From Myxococcota bacterium (lineage in GTDB: Bacteria > Myxococcota_A > Polyangia > Nannocystales > Nannocystaceae): 64,000 nucleotides of DNA. Within the stretch, counting starts at the first letter, position 1, and each line of letters starts with the position of its first letter. Under the pieces are notes generated by a model. The model did no database searches. It saw nothing but the letters and a program-made list of their open reading frames with translations, and was not told the DNA's origin. The stretch lies in assembly GCA_039028615.1 (NCBI GenBank), contig JBCCHT010000025.1:128001-192000 (forward strand), written 5' to 3'. The translations under genes were made by a program, and so were the position numbers. Below, one piece after another: positions 63,939-64,000 of this stretch.

Positions 63939-64000
63939 GTCGTTTTTCGTGATACCGCCGACCGACCGCGGCCACAAACCAACGAGACCGACTCATGCGC

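Noticed and set aside
1..64000. tRNA, rRNA, IS, integrase, prophage or CRISPR array
   Set aside because: None recognised by eye; tRNAscan-SE, cmscan and ISEScan would be needed to exclude them formally

Overview
A GC-rich bacterial window whose gene content points to a myxobacterium, probably Nannocystaceae-like (inferred from ECF sigma/Ser-Thr kinase-TPR pairs, ADYC, DUF1592/DUF1552, RCC1 and Cys-rich lipoproteins, and a ferritin-like lipoprotein). About 48 genes are supportable. I saw no rRNA, tRNA, CRISPR array or IS element. Best leads: (1) a Ro60/TROVE-like vWA gene coupled to an ARPP-2-like gene, preceded by a structured, Y-RNA-like hairpin; (2) a two-gene cluster of a DMATS-type prenyltransferase fused to a heme-oxygenase-like diiron domain plus a cytokinin-dehydrogenase-like flavoenzyme; (3) a P450 and KstR-like TetR unit with two operators matching the actinobacterial KstR consensus; (4) an ECF/anti-sigma/barrel module whose promoter motif GAGTGACG-N18-GAATA recurs upstream of a DUF1592-DUF1552-lipoprotein operon; (5) a 3xPLAT-phospholipase D. 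All family calls come from motifs recognised by eye, with no database searches. Many start codons were re-chosen and are tentative.
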